The notes: generated by a model not told the origin, from the sequence alone. A stretch of DNA of 64,000 nucleotides from Clostridia bacterium (GCA_017473085.1 JAFUNF010000011.1:111876-175875), one strand, 5' to 3'. Counted from the first letter of the stretch, positions 47,539-57,170 are shown. Program-made: numbers and translations.

Positions 47539-48378
47539 TTGAAGAAGGCTATAATTATTCCAAATTACCTAAAGGAGAATAGCATAGATTTTTCATATGT
47601 GGCAAAAGAGCTATTGATAAAAAATGGTTATCAGGTACAGGTGTTAGATGAAAAGGAGCTTCCAAAGGAAAAGACTGAGTTTGCATTAGTGCTTGGTGGA
47701 GATGGCACTCTTCTTCGTGCTTGCAAAAAGCTTTATACCCACGATATTCCAATGCTTGGTATCAACTATGGCAATCTCGGTTATCTGACAGGTTGTAATC
47801 CTGAAAATGCTCTTGAAGCTATCGAAAAAATAGTTTCTGGTGACTTCACAATAGAGGAAAGAGCAATGCTAAGTGGCGAGGTTATTAGAAATGGCGAGAA
47901 TGTATATTCCTTTGTTGCTCTTAATGAGTGCGCCTTCTATCGTGCTTCCTTCTTAAAGGCATTCACTATGGAAATTTACATAAATGGTGTATTTACTCAC
48001 AATGTAGTTGGTGACGGACTTATCGTTGCAACTCCAACAGGCTCAACCTCTTACAATATGTCAGTTGGTGGACCTGTTTTAACACCAAACGCAGACAATA
48101 TGGTTATTACACCTGTTTCTCCAATATATTTCCCTAAGTCGTCCTTAGTAACCAATGGTGCAGATAATATAGATATAGCAATCAAGGTAAATAGTGTAAC
48201 AAAAATTGGCACTCCGTCCTTGCAAATTGATGGGGACGTAGCCTTTGAATTGCAAAACGGAGACACAGTTAAAATCAGAAAGCATGTTAAATGTGCAAAA
48301 ATTATAAAGGTAAGTGACAGAAGCTTCTATCAGGTTTTAAGTCAGAAGCTATCTAAGGCAACGCTTGACAACGTATAA
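47539..48378 (+). CDS. nadK: NAD kinase
   Basis: GGDGTLL and NxGxLGFL-type (INYGNLGYL) motifs. Start moved to TTG 47539, behind an aaaggagg RBS. Confidence 0.85.
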   Translation: MKKAIIIPNYLKENSIDFSYVAKELLIKNGYQVQVLDEKELPKEKTEFALVLGGDGTLLRACKKLYTHDIPMLGINYGNLGYLTGCNPENALEAIEKIVSGDFTIEERAMLSGEVIRNGENVYSFVALNECAFYRASFLKAFTMEIYINGVFTHNVVGDGLIVATPTGSTSYNMSVGGPVLTPNADNMVITPVSPIYFPKSSLVTNGADNIDIAIKVNSVTKIGTPSLQIDGDVAFELQNGDTVKIRKHVKCAKIIKVSDRSFYQVLSQKLSKATLDNV

Positions 48379-48402
48379 TCTTACCGATAGCAAGGAGTAA
48401 AA

Positions 48403-49245
48403 ATGTACAAAATAGTCAATAAAAGGGTGCTTAATCCTACTGTTGTTCTTATGGATATTGAAGCACCATTAGTAGCAAAAAAGGCAGAGCCAGGACAGTT
48501 TATTATTCTTCGTACAGACGAAAACGGAGAGAGAATACCTCTTACTGTGGCTGACTTTGACAGAAAAAAGGGAACAGTAACAATAATTTTTCAAATTGTT
48601 GGTGCAACAACTGAAAAGCTTGCTCATTTGGAAAAGGGAGATTCACTTTGTGACTTTGTTGGACCTCTTGGCAAAGCAACTCACACCGACGGACTAAAGA
48701 AGGTGGCCGTTGTTGGTGGTGGAGTAGGCTGTGCAATTGCTTACCCTGTGGCTAAAAAGCTCCACAGCTTAGGCTGTGAGGTGCACGCAATTTGTGGCTT
48801 TAGAAATAAGGACTTGGTGATTCTTGAAGATGAATTTAAAGAAGCTTCGTCTAAATACGTTCTAATGACTGATGATGGCACAAGGGGACAAAAGGGCTTG
48901 GTTACTAATGCACTTAAGACTTTAATTGATAGTGGCGAAAGATACGACCAAGTTATAACAATTGGACCACTTCCTATGATGAAGTTCGTTTGCTTACTTA
49001 CTAAAGAGTATGGTATAAAAACCATTGCTTCAATGAACCCTATTATGATTGATGGTACAGGTATGTGTGGTGGTTGTCGTTTAACCGTTGGTGGCAAAAC
49101 AGTTTTTGCTTGCGTTGACGGACCCGAATTTGACGGACACCTTATTGATTTTGACGAGGCAATGGCAAGGTCAAATATCTACCAAGCAACTGAAAGAAAA
49201 AAGCACGACGAGGCTTGTAACCTCTTTAAAAAGGAGGTAAAATAA
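48403..49245 (+). CDS. Ferredoxin-NADP(+) reductase-like FAD/NAD-binding subunit (NfnA-type; sulfide/dihydroorotate dehydrogenase-like)
   Basis: An FNR-like fold plus a C-terminal [2Fe-2S] motif CGGCRLTVGGKTVFACVDGP. Paired with the GltD-like gene. Confidence 0.75.
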   Translation: MYKIVNKRVLNPTVVLMDIEAPLVAKKAEPGQFIILRTDENGERIPLTVADFDRKKGTVTIIFQIVGATTEKLAHLEKGDSLCDFVGPLGKATHTDGLKKVAVVGGGVGCAIAYPVAKKLHSLGCEVHAICGFRNKDLVILEDEFKEASSKYVLMTDDGTRGQKGLVTNALKTLIDSGERYDQVITIGPLPMMKFVCLLTKEYGIKTIASMNPIMIDGTGMCGGCRLTVGGKTVFACVDGPEFDGHLIDFDEAMARSNIYQATERKKHDEACNLFKKEVK

Positions 49246-49246
49246 T

Positions 49247-50674
49247 ATGCCAAATATGTCACTTGTAAAAAATGAAATGCCAACTCAAAAGCCAAGTGAA
49301 AGAATAAAAAACTTTGACGAGGTTGCTCTTGGTTACACCGAGGAGCAGGCAATTGACGAGGCTAAAAGATGCTTAAAATGTAAAAACAAAATGTGCGTTG
49401 CAGGTTGTCCTGTAAAAATTCAAATTCCCGATTTTATCGCAAAGGTAGCAGAGGGAAAATTTGAGGAAGCATATCAAATTATTTTAACTCAATCCTCACT
49501 TCCTGCTGTTTGTGGTAGAGTTTGCCCACAGGAAAATCAATGCGAGGGTAGATGTGTAAGAGGCATAAAGGGCGAGCCAGTTGCGATAGGTAGGCTTGAG
49601 CGCTTTGTGGCTGACTATCACAATAAAAATTGCAAGGAAAAGGTTAAGGCACCTATCAAAAACGGACACAGGGTGGCTATAATTGGCTCAGGACCTGCAG
49701 GGCTTAGCTGTGCCTCTGACCTTGCGAAAAGAGGATATAGTGTAACTATTTTCGAGGCACTGCACACTGCTGGTGGTGTTTTGGTTTATGGTATTCCTGA
49801 ATTCAGGCTTCCAAAGGCTATCGTTAAACAGGAGATTGATGGCTTAAAGGATTTAGGTGTTGAAATTAAAACAAATATAGTTATAGGAAAAACTCTGTCA
49901 ATAGACGAGCTTTTACACGAATACGGCTACGAGGCTGTGTTTATTGGCTCTGGTGCGGGCTTACCTAAGTTTATGGGTATTCCAGGAGAAAACCTTAAGG
50001 GTGTATTTTCAGCCAACGAATTTCTTACACGTATCAATTTAATGAAGGCATACAAAGAGGAAAGCGACACTCCGATTCTTATGGGAAGAAGAATTGCTGT
50101 TGTCGGTGGTGGTAACGTTGCTATGGACGCAGCTCGCTGTGCACGTAGATTAGGTGCTGAGGTGTACGTTGTTTATCGTCGTGGCATGGAGGAGCTACCT
50201 GCAAGACACGAGGAGGTAGAGCATGCAATTGAGGAGGGAATTATATTTAAAACCTTAACCAACCCAACCGAAATCTTAGCCTACAACAACCCCGAGGACA
50301 AGCGTGACCATAGAAATATGTCGGTTAAGGGTATAAAATGCGTTGAAATGACCCTTGGAGAACCCGATGACAGTGGAAGAAGACGTCCCGTTATAAAGCC
50401 AGGTAGCGAACATATATTAGACGTTGATTGTGTAATTATGTCCCTTGGTACCTCTCCAAATCCTCTGATTAAGTCAACGACAGAGGGACTTGACACAGAG
50501 TATTGGGGTGGAATTATAGTTGACCTAAATGGACTTACCTCAAAGGAAGGTATCTACGCAGGTGGTGATGCAGTAACAGGCTCAGCAACTGTAATTTTGG
50601 CTATGGGTGCAGGCAAAACTGCCGCCTCAGCAATCGACGATTACATTCAAAGCAAGAAAAAAGCGTTCGAATAA
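49247..50674 (+). CDS. GltD-like NADPH-dependent oxidoreductase (NfnB-type / glutamate synthase small-subunit homologue)
   Basis: N-terminal FeS Cys clusters (CLKCKNKMCVAGCP, CGRVCPQENQCEGRC) followed by GSGPAG and GGGNVAMD dinucleotide-binding motifs. Confidence 0.8.
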   Translation: MPNMSLVKNEMPTQKPSERIKNFDEVALGYTEEQAIDEAKRCLKCKNKMCVAGCPVKIQIPDFIAKVAEGKFEEAYQIILTQSSLPAVCGRVCPQENQCEGRCVRGIKGEPVAIGRLERFVADYHNKNCKEKVKAPIKNGHRVAIIGSGPAGLSCASDLAKRGYSVTIFEALHTAGGVLVYGIPEFRLPKAIVKQEIDGLKDLGVEIKTNIVIGKTLSIDELLHEYGYEAVFIGSGAGLPKFMGIPGENLKGVFSANEFLTRINLMKAYKEESDTPILMGRRIAVVGGGNVAMDAARCARRLGAEVYVVYRRGMEELPARHEEVEHAIEEGIIFKTLTNPTEILAYNNPEDKRDHRNMSVKGIKCVEMTLGEPDDSGRRRPVIKPGSEHILDVDCVIMSLGTSPNPLIKSTTEGLDTEYWGGIIVDLNGLTSKEGIYAGGDAVTGSATVILAMGAGKTAASAIDDYIQSKKKAFE

Positions 50675-50778
50675 TTCTAAGGGGCTTGGCAAATTTGCCC
50701 AGCCTCTTTACTTTTTTGTTGACAAGGAAAAATACGTGTGTTAAAATAAATATATATTAATATAAGGAGAATCATAAA

Positions 50779-52836
50779 ATGAAAAGAAAGCTTTTATTGG
50801 TAGTGTCAATGCTTGCTATACTTATGTGCTTGCTTGCAATTTCCGTAAGTGCTGCAAACAAGGTTGGCACAGCTACTGTTGATGGGTTCAAGTACACCTT
50901 GTATGATGATGCTACTGCATCATTTCAGGACAATCGTAACTGTACCGTTGCAAACGTAGTTATTCCAGCAAAATTTACCTATAACGATGTGGAATATACT
51001 GTAACTGCAACTGAAAACTATGCTTTGCATAGTAGCTCTGCGATTACATCAATTTATTTCCCACCAACAATTACAAAAATTGGCAATCAAACGTTTTCAA
51101 GCTGTGCAAATCTAAAGTCTGTATATATTGACTTGGAAAATCTTGTATCTATAGGTGAGTGTGGCTTGACTGATAACACTTCAGGTGGAGACTGTAAGGT
51201 TACCAACTGGGATATTTACTTTTATCCTACAAGTGAGTATGGCAAGGAAACACCTGTGGCAAACCTTAACCCAGTGTTTACAAATCTTGTTACCCTTGGA
51301 ACAGGGAGCTTACAGGGTGTTAATATTAAGGACGTTACTTTAGGAGAAAAATTAACGGTTATCGGAGTGCAATCATTTAGAAAATCGACTATTGAAAGCA
51401 TAACAGCTCTTGGTGACGTTACCTTGATTGGTAACTGGTCCTTTGCACAATGCTCCTCACTTAAGCGTGTAGTAATTATGTCAAACAACCTAACCAAGGT
51501 TGATGCTTGTGCATTTTCTGCTTGCGAAAATATTAGTAGCATAAAGATTGACTTATCAAAATGTACTTACATAGGTAGCGCTGCATTTGAGCTTTCGTTA
51601 GACTGTCAAGGTGGCTATACAAACACCACAACAACTTGGTGCAATTTGAATGACGAAAATATTGTTGACCTTTCAAGTGTTGAGACATTAGGCTCTGAGG
51701 CGTTTGGTACATCTAACATTGGTTCTGCAAAAATTGTATGGCCAAAGGGACTAAAATCTCTTTCTGACCAAGTGTTTAGAAAGGCAAATATAAATCAGCC
51801 AATGTATTTCCAAGCGGCTGAGGGCTCTACAATTTCAATTTCATATTACGTTCTTGATGGCAATACTCCAAATCTTGTAATTTTGGGTGATCGCGTTGCA
51901 TCATACAACTGCGAGCTTTCAAACGTATATACACTTGTAATGCTAAATTCTAACATTAAAATTACGAGAAGCAGTATGTTCAAGGCATCGGGAAGCACAC
52001 TTTATTATGCAGGCTTCTCAGCAGATTCTACGTACACAAGCTTTGACAGATGCACAATGAATCAAATCTCAACAGGCACAGCAGTAAACTATGGTGCTTG
52101 TGGTATTGATTGTAACGTAACACTTACAAGCGATAGCTCAAATGTTGTGATTTCTACACCTGTTCATACCTGGGACGAGGGAGTAGTTAATGAGGCTTAT
52201 TGCCCAATCGGTGCAGTTATAGATTTCGGTTGCACTTATTGTGATGCCGAAAAAACAGAGGGCGAGGGCACAGAGCATAGCCATACTGTTGCTGTAATTG
52301 TTTACGAAAGTGGCTTCTTCAACGTTGGTCTTAAGACACTTAAGTGTGCAAACGACGAATGTACCTCCGTGCTTAGCGAGGGTACCGAAGTAAAACCAAT
52401 CTTTACAGCTCTTGGCTATTCTAAGTCAGAGGTTGGTGCAAAGTCAGTTATGCAAGGCTTTGCTATCGATCAAGATGTACTTCAAGAGTACAATGCTTCA
52501 ACAGAGGACAAAATTGTAGGCTATGGTGTAATGGCAGCAAGCAAAATCGCACTTAACGACGAGGTTGAGGTGTTTGAAAATGGTGCACTCAAGAATGTAA
52601 AGGTTGCTCAGGTTGATTTCAGTAACAGGTCCTATGACGTAATGGAAATAAAAATTTCTGGTCTTGAGGGCAGAGACGATGTAAACGGCGACTATGTAGC
52701 ACTTGAGCTATATTGCTGCGGCTATTATCTCGTGAAAAATGGCGAAGTGATTGATTCTTACTATGCAAGCGAGGACACAGTAACCGATACGCTTGTCGAA
52801 ACAATTACCTACAACAATATAACAACGATTAAATAA
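50779..52836 (+). CDS. Secreted leucine-rich-repeat (BspA-like) surface protein
   Basis: Signal peptide with AISVSAA. Repeated about 23-aa I..IG..AF..C..L units. C-terminal His/Cys module. Confidence 0.7.
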   Translation: MKRKLLLVVSMLAILMCLLAISVSAANKVGTATVDGFKYTLYDDATASFQDNRNCTVANVVIPAKFTYNDVEYTVTATENYALHSSSAITSIYFPPTITKIGNQTFSSCANLKSVYIDLENLVSIGECGLTDNTSGGDCKVTNWDIYFYPTSEYGKETPVANLNPVFTNLVTLGTGSLQGVNIKDVTLGEKLTVIGVQSFRKSTIESITALGDVTLIGNWSFAQCSSLKRVVIMSNNLTKVDACAFSACENISSIKIDLSKCTYIGSAAFELSLDCQGGYTNTTTTWCNLNDENIVDLSSVETLGSEAFGTSNIGSAKIVWPKGLKSLSDQVFRKANINQPMYFQAAEGSTISISYYVLDGNTPNLVILGDRVASYNCELSNVYTLVMLNSNIKITRSSMFKASGSTLYYAGFSADSTYTSFDRCTMNQISTGTAVNYGACGIDCNVTLTSDSSNVVISTPVHTWDEGVVNEAYCPIGAVIDFGCTYCDAEKTEGEGTEHSHTVAVIVYESGFFNVGLKTLKCANDECTSVLSEGTEVKPIFTALGYSKSEVGAKSVMQGFAIDQDVLQEYNASTEDKIVGYGVMAASKIALNDEVEVFENGALKNVKVAQVDFSNRSYDVMEIKISGLEGRDDVNGDYVALELYCCGYYLVKNGEVIDSYYASEDTVTDTLVETITYNNITTIK

Positions 52837-52852
52837 AAGGAGGATACAAAAA

Positions 52853-53020
52853 ATGTATATTAAACCAGAATACAAGCTTGAAATTATTTCAAGCGAGGAC
52901 ATAATGGAATTTTCTCCTAACGATATTGCAACATCAACGGAGACATTTGACTTTGGAGAGGGAGAAGTAACCGTAACTAAGGGAACTTCAACTGCCGACA
53001 TTAAGGATTTATTGTTCTAA
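52853..53020 (+). CDS. Hypothetical 55-aa acidic protein (below the ORF-track cutoff)
   Basis: RBS aaaggagga 8 nt upstream. Sequence MYIKPEYKLEIISSEDIMEFSPNDIATSTETFDFGEGEVTVTKGTSTADIKDLLF. A strong terminator follows immediately. Confidence 0.45.
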   Translation: MYIKPEYKLEIISSEDIMEFSPNDIATSTETFDFGEGEVTVTKGTSTADIKDLLF

Positions 53021-53027
53021 TAAAAAA

Positions 53028-53055
53028 GGCACTTCATTTTTGAAGTGCCTTTTTT
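53028..53055 (+). terminator. Rho-independent terminator
   Basis: Stem GGCACTTCA/TGAAGTGCC followed by T6. Confidence 0.8.
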
Positions 53056-53155
53056 AATGAAATGTGTACAAGCACACTTGAAATGATAGCTAAAGCTATC
53101 TTGAAATGCACGACGATATCGTGCCTGAAATGAAGCATAAGCTTCATTGGAAATC
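53056..53155 (+). repeat. Periodic array: TGAAATG word repeated 4 times (plus a TGGAAATC variant) every 21-24 nt, each followed by a different short palindrome
   Basis: TGAAATG at 53058, 53079, 53102 and 53126. Palindromes are GATAGCTaaAGCTATC, GCACGAcgataTCGTGC, AATGAAGCataaGCTTCATT and the imperfect GTGTacaagcACAC. Confidence 0.6.
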
Positions 53156-53208
53156 TTGTGTAGCAGCGAGTGCAGATATCCTTATTAAAAATGTATATAT
53201 ATAAAGTC

Positions 53209-53237
53209 TTGACTACAAGAAAAAAGTATGTTAAAAT
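53209..53237 (+). promoter_or_regulatory. Sigma-A promoter for the protease gene
   Basis: TTGACT, a 17-nt spacer, then tgtTAAAAT (extended -10). Confidence 0.6.
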
Positions 53238-53273
53238 TACTATGTATTTATAATGAAGAAAATGGAGATTTTT

Positions 53274-55094
53274 ATGAAAGCAATTGTGCGTAACGGTAGG
53301 GCTTTTATTTTTGTAATTTTAGTCCTGCTATTTGCAACGCTTATTTTTTCTGCTTGTGATGATTCAGAGGAGGGTACCTTGGACCACGACCATACCTTCG
53401 TCAATAAGGTAATTGAGCCTACCTGTGTCGATAAGGGCTATGACTTAGGTGTTTGCTCAATCTGTCAAGAGGAGAAGCGCTCAAACTTTGTTGACCCTAA
53501 GGGACACACACCAGGAGAGTGGCAGGTAACCAACGAGGCAAGCTGTGTTATCCCAAAAATAGAAGAAAAATTCTGCTTGACCTGTAATAAGTCAGTTGAA
53601 ACAAGAACAGGTGAAAAAACTGAACACGACTTTTATGAAACAGATGTTCCACCAACATGTAGAGAGCTTGGCTATACCTTAAAGGTTTGCTCTGTTTGTA
53701 ATGGCGAGGAAAAGAGTGACTATTTGCCTGTATCATCTGAGCATACCGAGGGCGAGTGGGTTATTACAAAGAAAGCAACCTGTATGGATACAGGCTATCA
53801 AAAGAAATTCTGCACAATATGCTCTAAGGAGCTACGTGGCGAGGCAATTGCCGTTTCTGCAATTCACGATTTCTCAACAGAATATTTTGACAAAGAGGAT
53901 GGCACTGGTGGATATACAAAGTTTACCTGTGCATTGTGTGGACATGCGAAAACCCTTGACCATACGTCAACCATTTCCCCTGCCGTTATCTACGAGCTGA
54001 TTTCAAGCTCTATGGTAAGAATAGAGGTGTATGACAAAAATAACAATCGCACAGGCATTGGCTCAGGCTTCTTTGTCAGTGGCGATGGACGAATTGTAAC
54101 TAACTATCACGTAATTAAGGCTTCCTACTCTGTAAAGGTAACTAACTATGCAGGCAGAGAGTTCGAGGTTGCAGGCGTAATGGGCTATGATGCCGATGAT
54201 GATGTGGCTATGCTCAAGGTCGTTGCCGAGGCAGTTCCTTATCTTGAAATTGTAGGTACCGAAAGCTTAAAAGCAGGCGACCCTGTGTATGCTTTAGGTA
54301 GCCCACTTGGTGTTGATAACATCTTTACAACTGGTATTATTTCTAACCCATCTCTTACAATTAATGGCGCAGATTCTATCGCATTCACAGCACCAATTTC
54401 CTCTGGAAACAGTGGAGGCCCACTTGTAAACTCAGAGGGCAGAGTAATAGGAATAAATACAAGAACTGCTGTTCAGGGTCAAAACCTTAACTTTGCAGTA
54501 AGAGGCGAAAAAATTACCAACCTTGATATTTCCAATACAAAAACAGTTGCCGAGGTTTACGAAGGTGAGCTTCAGAATAACGCATATCAAATACTTGCAA
54601 ACTACATAAAAATTAACAAAACAGGCACTAAGAACAATGGTGACGTGTACTATATTCACAAGCATATTAAGGATGGTACAGATACCTCTTATGGTGTTGA
54701 ATATTTCTTTAATTACGACACTGTGTCAGGCGAAATCACCTTGATACTAAATCTTTTGACAGGTCGTGCAATAAGATATGAGGTTGGTGTTTATATTACC
54801 GAGGTTAGTGAAGACTACCAAATGTACTTGTTTGACTACAATATGGGTCAGGTAACTGTTGAGGCTGACATGAAGGCAAACGAAAAGCCAATTATGGATA
54901 ACCTTGAAAAGATTATGGACATCACACTTATGAAGTACGATAATACAAGCGATAACCCAACACTTGTTGATTACATTACAAAGCTCTCATATCAATGCTA
55001 TATGACACTTGTAAGCGAGCTTGGACAATTGCTAAATGCTTCAAATACAGGCTTAGGTCTTGGTAACTTTAATTTGGTTGATCCTGAAATATAA
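53274..55094 (+). CDS. Lipoprotein with five His/Cys repeat modules and a trypsin-like (S1C/HtrA-like) serine protease domain
   Basis: Lipobox LIFSAC. Five repeats of H-x9-11-C-x8-9-C-x2-C. Protease motifs TNYHV, DVAMLKV and GNSGGPLVN. Start 53274 is preferred because of the ggaga RBS. Confidence 0.8.
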   Translation: MKAIVRNGRAFIFVILVLLFATLIFSACDDSEEGTLDHDHTFVNKVIEPTCVDKGYDLGVCSICQEEKRSNFVDPKGHTPGEWQVTNEASCVIPKIEEKFCLTCNKSVETRTGEKTEHDFYETDVPPTCRELGYTLKVCSVCNGEEKSDYLPVSSEHTEGEWVITKKATCMDTGYQKKFCTICSKELRGEAIAVSAIHDFSTEYFDKEDGTGGYTKFTCALCGHAKTLDHTSTISPAVIYELISSSMVRIEVYDKNNNRTGIGSGFFVSGDGRIVTNYHVIKASYSVKVTNYAGREFEVAGVMGYDADDDVAMLKVVAEAVPYLEIVGTESLKAGDPVYALGSPLGVDNIFTTGIISNPSLTINGADSIAFTAPISSGNSGGPLVNSEGRVIGINTRTAVQGQNLNFAVRGEKITNLDISNTKTVAEVYEGELQNNAYQILANYIKINKTGTKNNGDVYYIHKHIKDGTDTSYGVEYFFNYDTVSGEITLILNLLTGRAIRYEVGVYITEVSEDYQMYLFDYNMGQVTVEADMKANEKPIMDNLEKIMDITLMKYDNTSDNPTLVDYITKLSYQCYMTLVSELGQLLNASNTGLGLGNFNLVDPEI

Positions 55095-55187
55095 AGAGAG
55101 GCTGCTGCAACAAGCACAGAACAAAAGCGGACGGATAACTTCACAAGGATTATTATTCTATTTGTTAATTTTATAATTTTTAAGGTT

Positions 55188-55222
55188 GAGAACTTGCAAC
55201 TCGTTGCAAGTTCTCTTCATTT
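55188..55222 (+). terminator. Hairpin terminator after the protease gene
   Basis: 12-bp stem GAGAACTTGCAA/TTGCAAGTTCTC. The T-tract is weak. Confidence 0.55.
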
Positions 55223-55421
55223 ATGTCCACTTTTTAGGTGCGACCTCGCACTCTACCGTACACCAGTACGCCTACGTGTACGAGTTCACACCTTCTGCAC
55301 CTGTTTCGCTATCCTCTAATTTTACGTGCATTTATTTAAAATATTTAATTTTATATATTGAAAAAATATTTTTTTAATGTTATAATAAAATGTAAAAATA
55401 TGTATTAAGGGAGGAATATCT

Positions 55422-56543
55422 ATGAAAATAGGACTAATTGGTACTGGTGCTATGGGTAAAACCCACATCTACTCTGTAAATAATATTCCTTTCTTTTTTG
55501 ATACTGACCTGAAGCCTGAAATAATTGCAGTGTGCACTCGCAAGCTTGAAAAGGCAAGGGGCTTTGCAGAAAAGTACAATATTCCTACATATACAAACGA
55601 CGAAAACGACTTGATTCAAAATAAGGAAATTGATGTAATTGATATTTGTACACCTAACATCTATCATTACGAAACTGCAAAAAAAGCAATCCTTGCGGGC
55701 AAAAGCGTTTATTGTGAGAAGCCACTTGGTGTAACCTATGAGCAGGCTAAGGAGCTTGCCGAATTAACCGAGAAAAATGGTGTTTTCTGTGGCATGGTCT
55801 TTAACAATCGTTTCCTTTCCCCTATTATCAGAGCAAAGGAGCTTGTTACACAAGGGAAAATAGGAAAAATTCTTTCCTTCAATGTAAAGTATTACCATTC
55901 AAGTGCACTTGATACAAATAAAAATGCAGGCTGGAAGCAGGATTCAAGCATTTGTGGTGGTGGCGTGCTATTTGACTTGGGCTCTCACGTGGTTGACCTT
56001 GTATATTACCTGTGTGGTAATTTCAAAAGCGTAATTGGAAAAAGTCAAATTGCATATCCTGTGCGTCGTGGTATAAATGGCGAGGAATGGCAAACAAACG
56101 CAGATGAGGCATTTCATATAATAGCCACCCTTGAGTGTGGTGCACTTGGCACCATAAGTGTCAGCAAAATTGCCCAAGGCACAAACGACGATTTAACTCT
56201 TGAAATTTATGGAGAAAAGGGAAGCATTAAGTTCGATTTAATGAACCCTAATTTCTTTGAATACTATTCGACAGAAGCCCAAGAAGGAGCCTATGGAGGC
56301 GAAAGAGGCTTTACAAAAATTGAATGTGTGAATAGATACCCACATCCAGGTGGAGTATTCCCTGGCATTAAAGCTCCAATTGGTTGGCTAAGGGGACACA
56401 TAGGTAACTACTTTGCATTTTTAGAAGCAGTTAAAAATAAGGAAACCCCTTGTCCAAGCTTCCAAGACGGAGCCTATGTGCAAAAGGTTTTAGAGATAGC
56501 TTATAAATCTGACAAAAGTGGCAGAGAGGAGCAAATCCAATGA
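55422..56543 (+). CDS. Gfo/Idh/MocA-family oxidoreductase
   Basis: N-terminal Rossmann IGLIGTGAMGKTH, an EKP motif (YCEKPL) and a C-terminal alpha/beta domain. Confidence 0.85.
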   Translation: MKIGLIGTGAMGKTHIYSVNNIPFFFDTDLKPEIIAVCTRKLEKARGFAEKYNIPTYTNDENDLIQNKEIDVIDICTPNIYHYETAKKAILAGKSVYCEKPLGVTYEQAKELAELTEKNGVFCGMVFNNRFLSPIIRAKELVTQGKIGKILSFNVKYYHSSALDTNKNAGWKQDSSICGGGVLFDLGSHVVDLVYYLCGNFKSVIGKSQIAYPVRRGINGEEWQTNADEAFHIIATLECGALGTISVSKIAQGTNDDLTLEIYGEKGSIKFDLMNPNFFEYYSTEAQEGAYGGERGFTKIECVNRYPHPGGVFPGIKAPIGWLRGHIGNYFAFLEAVKNKETPCPSFQDGAYVQKVLEIAYKSDKSGREEQIQ

Positions 56544-57139
56544 TGGTAATTGGTATTTGTGGCTCAAGTGGGTCAGGAAAAGGCTATGTATGTGGACTTT
56601 TTAGAAGGTATGGCTTTGCGCATATAGATACCGACCGTCTTTACAGAGAGGTGGTCGTAAGGTCAGGCACTCCTTGTCTTAAGGAGCTTGTGGATTCATT
56701 TGGAAATGGTATTCTTGATTCTGTTGGAGAGTTAAACAGAAAGGAGCTATCAAAATTAGTTTTTGAGCATGCAAATGCCGAAAAAAACAGATTGCTTTTG
56801 AATAGCATTACTCACAAATACATCTTACAGGAGACTCTTGCTCTTATTGAAAAATATAGAAGCGAGGGTATAAAGGCAGTGCTTGTTGACGCACCTGTGC
56901 TTTTTGAAAGTGGCTTTGACAAAATTTGTGATATCACAATTTGTGTTACAGCAAGCAGACAGGAGAAAATCAAGCGAATAATTGCAAGAGACAAAATATC
57001 CGAGGTAGATGCAATAGCAAGACTGTCTGCTCAAAAGACCGACCAAGAATTAAGAGAGCTATGCGATTACGAAATTGATAACTCTGTTGGCTTGTCACTC
57101 GAGGAGCAGGTCAAGGGATTAATAAGTAAAATAATTTAG
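56540..57139 (+). CDS. coaE: Dephospho-CoA kinase
   Basis: P-loop GICGSSGSGKG, length about 200 aa, and a DAPVLFESG block. Confidence 0.9.
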   Translation: MMVIGICGSSGSGKGYVCGLFRRYGFAHIDTDRLYREVVVRSGTPCLKELVDSFGNGILDSVGELNRKELSKLVFEHANAEKNRLLLNSITHKYILQETLALIEKYRSEGIKAVLVDAPVLFESGFDKICDITICVTASRQEKIKRIIARDKISEVDAIARLSAQKTDQELRELCDYEIDNSVGLSLEEQVKGLISKII

Positions 57140-57170
57140 GTAGCAATTAGCTACGGAATAGGAGTATAGA

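Noticed and set aside
53056-53155. The repeat-plus-variable-segment pattern could be a miniature CRISPR array.
   Set aside because: The constant word is only 7-8 nt. The variable parts are 14-17 nt and are themselves palindromes. No cas genes or leader are nearby. Real CRISPR repeats are more than 20 nt.
55186-55377. 63-aa ORF-track ORF downstream of the protease gene.
   Set aside because: It has a TTG start inside the terminator hairpin and no RBS, and it runs through non-coding palindromes. I treat the region as non-coding (see the low-interest finding).
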